From: a virus
IMG/VR virus record: IMGVR_UViG_3300050821_018577
Span: 1 to 64,000 of that record
DNA: 64,000 nt
Direction: 5' to 3' (one strand)
The notes under the pieces were generated by a model. It was not told the DNA's origin. It searched no databases and saw only the letters and a list, made by a program, of their open reading frames with translations. The position numbers and the translations under genes were made by a program. Of this stretch, positions 46,104 to 51,003 are shown piece after piece; position 1 is the first letter of the stretch; every line of letters begins with the position of its first letter.

Positions 46104-46441
46104 TGCGCCTATGGCTCGACGATATTCGAGAGCCATGGAAGCACGGCTGTGTCGGTTGGGATTGGGCCAAGACCGCCGAGGAAGCTATCGCATTTCTGCG
46201 CACCGGCACGGTCACCATCGCTTCGCTCGACCATGACCTAACTCCAGAGCAAACGCTTGGTGGAATCTACGGCGTAATTAAGACGGACGGCCAGAAGTCA
46301 GGATACGACGTTGTGGTGTGGCTTGAAGAACATCCAGAATTCTGGCCTGCGGACGGTGTTCGCGTGCATTCGATGAATCCCGCCGGCCGCAAACGGATGC
46401 TGCAGGTGATTGAACGTCATTACAATGAGCGCACCGGCTAG
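46103..46441 (+). CDS. cyclic-phosphate processing receiver domain protein
   Basis: LWLDDIRE, SLDHDL, SGYDVVVW, VHSMNPAGR. Confidence 0.85.
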   Translation: MRLWLDDIREPWKHGCVGWDWAKTAEEAIAFLRTGTVTIASLDHDLTPEQTLGGIYGVIKTDGQKSGYDVVVWLEEHPEFWPADGVRVHSMNPAGRKRMLQVIERHYNERTG

Positions 46442-46752
46442 GATTCCGCCCTGTCACCTAGCGTTAGAGGCTTATTCTCCCCGTATCCCTTGCGACCGAG
46501 CTCGGTTAGGGGGCCCTAGTGCCATTTCGGGCCGATGAAGGGCTTGCCTCCGCCTGTTGGCACCGTCAGAGCAGCAAGGTCAATTCCTTTTCAGCCAGCC
46601 GCGTGCTGCCGTTTAAGGCGACGCGATTGCGCTGTCACGCTCTGCAAAGCTTCGAAGGTGTCCGGGATCGTTTCACTCGGTCCCCGCCTTGACTTCAAAC
46701 GGGAGATGCGTCTCTGCCCGGCACACGGTGCGCTCGCGCGGAGTATACACCT

Positions 46753-46801
46753 AAAAAGACCGGCGCGGGAAGAGGTCGGAGTTCTTCGGAACCGCGCCGG
46801 T
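46753..46801 (-). terminator. putative intrinsic terminator
   Basis: 10-bp stem ACCGGCGCGG/CCGCGCCGGT followed by CTTTTT on minus. Confidence 0.55.
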
Positions 46802-46837
46802 ACGTTGTGTCCCTCTTGGAGCAACAGATTGACAGAA

Positions 46838-46867
46838 ATCCTATTGCAAACTTACAGGCTAAGTCAA
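46838..46867 (-). promoter_or_regulatory. candidate promoter with operator
   Basis: TTGACT-18-TAGGAT on minus; CTTAC-AGG-CTAAG at 46851-46863. Confidence 0.55.
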
Positions 46868-46870
46868 GCC

Positions 46871-46908
46871 AAAATAAAAGGCCGACTCTCCGTGAGGAAG
46901 CCGGCCTT
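46871..46908 (-). terminator. terminator downstream of tRNA cluster
   Basis: AAGGCCG/CGGCCTT-type stem followed by TTTTATTTT on minus. Confidence 0.6.
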
Positions 46909-47037
46909 GAGTGGTTGAAGTTGAGTTTGGGAGCTTCGAAGTGTGTTTAACGCGACGGTCGAACCGCCAAAGGCACCAAACATTCCGAAGCCAAGCAAAG
47001 AGATTTTGGCAGCCAAATGCACCACCGTCAAGGAATT

Positions 47038-47115
47038 TGGAGCGCCTGACGGGATTCGAACCCGCAACCCTTCGCCCTAGGAGACGAATGCTCTGCGCAG
47101 TTGAGCTACAGGCGC
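47038..47115 (-). tRNA. atypical tRNA (Arg-CCT-like) with 8-nt anticodon loop CUCCUAGG
   Basis: GCGCCTG/CAGGCGC acceptor, T73, encoded CCA, T-loop TTCGAAT, anticodon stem TTCGT/GCGAA, D-loop lacks GG. Confidence 0.75.
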
Positions 47116-47166
47116 TCGGAGGAATATTTTTTATTCTTATAGGAACAAAAAATATTCCTGAAAACT

Positions 47167-47219
47167 TGGCGCCGGAGTCCCACTTAAGGGCACGCAGCAC
47201 TAGCAGCCGCGCCTCCGGC
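47167..47219 (-). ncRNA. 53-nt CCA-ended D-armless tRNA-like element
   Basis: GCCGGAG/CTCCGGC stem + G + CCA; 7-bp hairpin with loop TGCTAGT; short CCC-TTAAGT-GGG hairpin. Confidence 0.45.
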
Positions 47220-47723
47220 ACTGGCTCGCCCGGTGTGACTTGAACACACATCGTCAGCTTTAGAGGCTGCTGCACTGGCCGGTTGTGCTACAGGCGAACT
47301 GAAATCTGGAGCCGCTGGCAGATTACGAGTCTGCGGCCTCTCGGTTAAAACCGAGTGCTCTTTATCGGAAGAAACTTCCGGTCGATGCTGAGCTACAGCG
47401 GCGTGGTTGTAAACTCGATAGTTGGCCAGCGCCTTGCGCTGCTCGCCGGCGATCGGGCTCGTCGCAATTGCGGTGAGCTCGTCATTGAAGTCAGGCTCGT
47501 GCCAAGAAAAATGCGGGATGTTATTGGCGCATAGCTTTGCTTCCGCGCGGCGAAGCGACGCCAAGTGCGGCAGGCCAATCAAAACCATATTGGGAATTCC
47601 TTCTTCACAACGAAGCGAGGCAACGTGGAAGGAGGCATGAGCGGTCTGAATAATTTGCGCAGGGATGGGGATGTCGGTTCGAACGAACAGGAAAACGTAG
47701 CGGTCGTCGCTTATCTATGTCAT
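47184..47723 (-). CDS. PTH2-like (peptidyl-tRNA hydrolase) protein with in-frame TAG at codon 3; frame runs into tRNAs
   Basis: ATG ACA TAG ATA...YVFLFVRTDIPIPAQIIQTAHAS...WHEPDFNDELTAIA; in frame with track ORF 47184..47588. Confidence 0.65.
47222..47297 (-). tRNA. amber suppressor tRNA (anticodon CTA)
   Basis: 76 nt cloverleaf: TCGCCTG/CGGGCGA, D-arm GCAC/GTGC with GG, loop CT-CTA-AA, T-arm GTGTG-TTCAAGT-CACAC, G73, CCA. Confidence 0.88.
47307..47402 (-). tRNA. degenerate Lys(TTT)-like tRNA with enlarged D-loop
   Basis: GCCGCTG/CAGCGGC + T + CCA; 6-nt loop TTTTAA; D-loop carries extra CGGAAG/CTTCCG hairpin; T-loop CTCGTAA. Confidence 0.55.
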
Positions 47724-47729
47724 GGTCAA

Positions 47730-47759
47730 ACTGTGCCAGAACTGCGGATTCGGTGTCAA
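47730..47759 (-). promoter_or_regulatory. candidate promoter giving a leaderless PTH2-like/tRNA transcript
   Basis: TTGACA-18-(TGn)CACAGT, 6 nt before ATG 47723; no SD. Confidence 0.45.
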
Positions 47760-47761
47760 CT

Positions 47762-47797
47762 AAAAACCGAAGCGCCGTTCACACGCGGCGCCTCGGT
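47762..47797 (-). terminator. terminator after terminase gene
   Basis: ACCGAGGCGCCG/CGGCGCTTCGGT stem then TTTT on minus. Confidence 0.6.
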
Positions 47798-47914
47798 CAT
47801 TACTTCCTATCCCCGCAGAGAGTCTATCATGGAACCTTCCAATTTTCGAACGGTTGCTCTTGCGCTCGCGGCCACCAGCGGACACGCAAACCGCGGAAGC
47901 CAGGGATCACGAAC

Positions 47915-48078
47915 GGCATGGCGTGGCAAGTTAAGGTACGGCGGGGTGCGGCATGGCTGCGAGTGGACAAGGAGCGGCGTGAGAAGGCGGGCGCGGTGCG
48001 GTCCCGCAAGGCATGGCAAGGCCGGGCGAGTAATGGCCTGGTGAGGCAAGGCGGGCATGGTGTGGCGTGGCGTGGTTA
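47915..48078 (+). repeat. GGY-NN pentamer array (about 30 units)
   Basis: ggcat ggcgt ggcaa gttaa ggtac ggcgg ggtgc ggcat ggctg ... ggcat ggcaa ggccg ggcga gtaat ggcct ggtga ggcaa ... ggcat ggtgt ggcgt ggcgt ggtta. Confidence 0.85.
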
Positions 48079-49749
48079 TTATTTTTCCAATTGAATTCGT
48101 CTGCCGCCGAGCGGTCGCTGAATTACTTGCGTGCAATCATAATTTTGACCGCAATGATTACAGTGACGGGAATTTGCAATGGTGACCTGCATCGTGACTT
48201 CATTGCAGTTCGGGCACCTCGGCGTTTGGTCGTTGGTCATGACAGCGGCCAATGATGTCGCGCCAGCCACTTTTTCAAGCGACGTGGTCTTTCCGGTCAC
48301 GGTGTTAGTAAAAGTGACCCGGCCAACCAGCGGCGGAGCATCATCGCCATTGCGAACCGGTGTTCTTGGTATTGGTTGACGTCCCATCATTTTCTCCGCG
48401 CGTCCGGACTTAAACAAATCGAGCAGCCCTAGGGCCCCGGCGCCGGAGAGCTCCGTTCCTACCCAGACCATGGCGTCAAGTCGGTTCGGCGATTTTTGTC
48501 CTGGCTGTGCGCAATAGCTGACCAATTCTTCTTCGAGCGCAGAAAACTCGGTACATTGAGGCTTGCCGCAACTGCAAACCAGGTGCATTTTGTTTTGCTG
48601 GAACAGCGCAAGGATCGGCTCGGCGCGCACCAGCTTGCCGCGGGATGCGCTCACATCATGGTAAGAGACGTTTTCATCCACATTGCGGATGGTCTCTTCA
48701 ACCATGTCCCCACCGTAGTTTCTCTCAGCGATGATGCGGTCAGCTGCGTAGCCGTAGTAGGTGCGGATGGCCGTGGTCGCCCAATCCCGCGGCCGCGCTG
48801 CGCGCATGGAATCGTCGTGGAGAATGTAGATATGCCCGTCCTCGCCTTCACCGCCGGTCATGATGCCTACTTCGGTCATGTTGCCGCCAGAAGGATCGAT
48901 GCCCACTACGATGCGCCGCAAACGAATCTCCTGGTCGCTGGTCAACAATGAGCCGGCATTGTAGCTGGCGGTCACGCGGCTATCCTCGATAATTTTCCGC
49001 GTCCACAACGCACCGGGAATCTCTTCGGTGTCCTCGGCCAGAATTTCTTGCCGATAGGCCAGCGAACTCATGTTGTGGGTGACTTCCTCGAGGCCTTCTT
49101 TTGAAAGATGTGGATTGGCGGAACTCGGGAAATGCAGGCACAGCCACAATGGGTCGTTCTTGTACTTCTTGAACATCTTGGCGGCGTGCTGCGGATCTCG
49201 GGCTTTGCTGGCGCTGCGCGTCTCAAGCGATGGTGGCGTGTAAATGAACACCACGTCGCCGTTGTTATCAATCAGCATGGGCGCGCCGACTTCGGTCCAT
49301 GCCGTTTCATCCATCATCTGGTATTCATCGAGAATCAAAAGGTCGGCATAATCACCGCGAAGCGTTTCGGCGTTGAACGCGGTCTTTGCCCGTATTCTGC
49401 GGTCGGTGCCGCGCTGTTCGATGATGTGTTCGGTTTCGTTTTTATACAGCCGGCCAAAGGCGATTGGTTCATCGAGAGCCAGCAGCACTTCTTTCCAGAA
49501 TTTCTTCACCTGGTCGATCGTGGGCGCGGCGTAGAGCACGCGCTTGCCTTTGAGAAATTGTTCCACAGCAAGGATTGCTGAACCAGTCGTCTTTCCAGAG
49601 CGTCTTCCAGCGCGAATGATTTTTCGTTTAAGTGGCGACCGGCAAAATCGCAACTGATATGGATTGTCCGCGGGATTGCGCAGATTGATTTTGAACTGCT
49701 GGGGCTTTGGCGCTTCGGCGTCTGGCGGAATTATGGGATTGGAAGCCAT
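48079..49749 (-). CDS. terL: terminase large subunit with C-terminal Zn-ribbon extension
   Basis: Walker A AGRRSGKT, Walker B LILDEY, nuclease VVGIDPSG, SPNRLDAMVW. Confidence 0.9.
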   Translation of the reverse strand: MASNPIIPPDAEAPKPQQFKINLRNPADNPYQLRFCRSPLKRKIIRAGRRSGKTTGSAILAVEQFLKGKRVLYAAPTIDQVKKFWKEVLLALDEPIAFGRLYKNETEHIIEQRGTDRRIRAKTAFNAETLRGDYADLLILDEYQMMDETAWTEVGAPMLIDNNGDVVFIYTPPSLETRSASKARDPQHAAKMFKKYKNDPLWLCLHFPSSANPHLSKEGLEEVTHNMSSLAYRQEILAEDTEEIPGALWTRKIIEDSRVTASYNAGSLLTSDQEIRLRRIVVGIDPSGGNMTEVGIMTGGEGEDGHIYILHDDSMRAARPRDWATTAIRTYYGYAADRIIAERNYGGDMVEETIRNVDENVSYHDVSASRGKLVRAEPILALFQQNKMHLVCSCGKPQCTEFSALEEELVSYCAQPGQKSPNRLDAMVWVGTELSGAGALGLLDLFKSGRAEKMMGRQPIPRTPVRNGDDAPPLVGRVTFTNTVTGKTTSLEKVAGATSLAAVMTNDQTPRCPNCNEVTMQVTIANSRHCNHCGQNYDCTQVIQRPLGGRRIQLEK

Positions 49750-49787
49750 CCGGACAATAATCCTCTGCCGTTACCCCAGATGCAAGC

Positions 49788-49976
49788 CTAATGGAGATAT
49801 TGATGGGCCCAGAGGTCCGCGAAGGTAGCGGCCGAGAGAGCCGCGATGATAGCGCCGACATGGCCGCCCATGACCACTGCCAGAATCACGATGATGGCCA
49901 AGCTGTAGTAGACGTGCCCTTTGCCGCTTAGAACACAATCCCACACCGGATCCGGACCTTGAAGCTCAGGATCCAT
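49788..49976 (-). CDS. small two-TM membrane protein
   Basis: two hydrophobic helices. Confidence 0.45.
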   Translation of the reverse strand: MDPELQGPDPVWDCVLSGKGHVYYSLAIIVILAVVMGGHVGAIIAALSAATFADLWAHQYLH

Positions 49977-50394
49977 TGAATTTCTCCCAGGTCTTGTTCA
50001 GACCAAAATTTATCAGCTTACGGTAACCGAAACTTAATGCCTCGGCCATGGCTACTTGCTTCGGCCACTTGCACACCGCTACGCGATAGGCCGCAATCAC
50101 CAGCCCCGTACGGTCCTGCCCATGCTGGCAGTGTACCAGCAACGGTTTTGGTTCCACTTCGATGAATTGCAGAATTGCCGCAAGCGCCTCCTGGCTGATT
50201 CCGGTTACGTAAATTTGCCACGGCGAGATGGGGCGAGAAATAATCCGAACGGGTTGCAGTTCGAGAATTTCTTTTACATCTTCATCCGCTCCCTCAAGAC
50301 TGAGTACAGTGGCAAACTCTGCCTTGATGGCGGCGAAGTCCGCAGGTTCAGGACGCGGACCACGCGACACTCCATTCCCGACGAAGGTAATCAT
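49966..50394 (-). CDS. dual-specificity/tyrosine phosphatase family protein
   Basis: SRGPRP, VHCQHGQDRTG P-loop; GGAT-like spacing before MITF start. Confidence 0.85.
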   Translation of the reverse strand: MITFVGNGVSRGPRPEPADFAAIKAEFATVLSLEGADEDVKEILELQPVRIISRPISPWQIYVTGISQEALAAILQFIEVEPKPLLVHCQHGQDRTGLVIAAYRVAVCKWPKQVAMAEALSFGYRKLINFGLNKTWEKFNGS

Positions 50395-50522
50395 CGGACC
50401 GCCAAATAAATGAGGATCAAAGTGGCCACGAGCGCGCTGCCGAAAAATCCGATACTCAAGCCGACCGCGCAGAACACCAGGAAACGATAGAAGTCCGGCA
50501 TGTGTTTGATGACACTGTTCAT
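50391..50522 (-). CDS. small membrane protein
   Basis: one TM helix; ATGA overlaps. Confidence 0.5.
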   Translation of the reverse strand: MNSVIKHMPDFYRFLVFCAVGLSIGFFGSALVATLILIYLAVR

Positions 50523-50707
50523 GGTGCACCTCTGGCGCTTGGGCAGGTTCGCACGCACGCGCACAATGCCTTGTTGCATTGAATGTCGCAAGTCCTGGTT
50601 TGAAACTGGTCCAGGTCGCGCAATTTACCGACAATGGCAATCAGTAATAGCGCAATACATACGGTGACGAGCCCGGCCAGTATGCGTAGACGAATTTTCC
50701 TCATCAT
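50519..50707 (-). CDS. membrane-anchored Cys-rich small protein
   Basis: N-terminal TM helix, four Cys. Confidence 0.5.
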   Translation of the reverse strand: MMRKIRLRILAGLVTVCIALLLIAIVGKLRDLDQFQTRTCDIQCNKALCACVRTCPSARGAP

Positions 50708-50713
50708 TCACGA

Positions 50714-50926
50714 TTACTTCTTGCCAGGCTTGATGGCACCGTCTTTTACGGAATCTATCGGATGCGTGACCATGTGCTTGCCTGTGTGGAAGACTTTGGT
50801 AATGACCGCCTTTGGCGCTTTGTAGAAGGCAGCTTTGGCGCCAACGCCTACACCCTTTGCTACCGTGGCACCGCCTATCACCATCAGCGTGGCCGCCGCT
50901 ACGACAAGGATTTGCTGTGGATTCAT
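50714..50926 (-). CDS. small secreted basic protein
   Basis: GGAGG RBS, signal-peptide-like N-terminus. Confidence 0.6.
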   Translation of the reverse strand: MNPQQILVVAAATLMVIGGATVAKGVGVGAKAAFYKAPKAVITKVFHTGKHMVTHPIDSVKDGAIKPGKK

Positions 50927-51003
50927 GGTGGCCTCCTTTAAGGCTGAAATCTTCGCGCGCTTTTAGTTTCACGGTCAACTCCCAATTTATTCCAACCAGA
51001 GAC

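Noticed and set aside
47038-47115. Prophage attachment site at the tRNA
   Set aside because: No integrase, no duplicated tRNA 3' end and no switch to host-like genes on either side within the window.
47222-47297. Pyrrolysine tRNA
   Set aside because: Has canonical D-loop GG, TTC T-loop, a normal-length anticodon stem and a 4-nt variable loop, unlike tRNA-Pyl; no pyl genes seen.
47915-48078. CRISPR array, or protein-coding ORFs 47565..48044, 47717..48094 and 47807..48136
   Set aside because: No 25-45 bp repeats with spacers; the period is 5 nt, and the ORFs are low-complexity products of the repeat.
49788-49976. Holin or terminase small subunit
   Set aside because: Two TM helices fit a holin, but no endolysin is adjacent, and it has no HTH or soluble character expected of TerS; left as unknown membrane protein.
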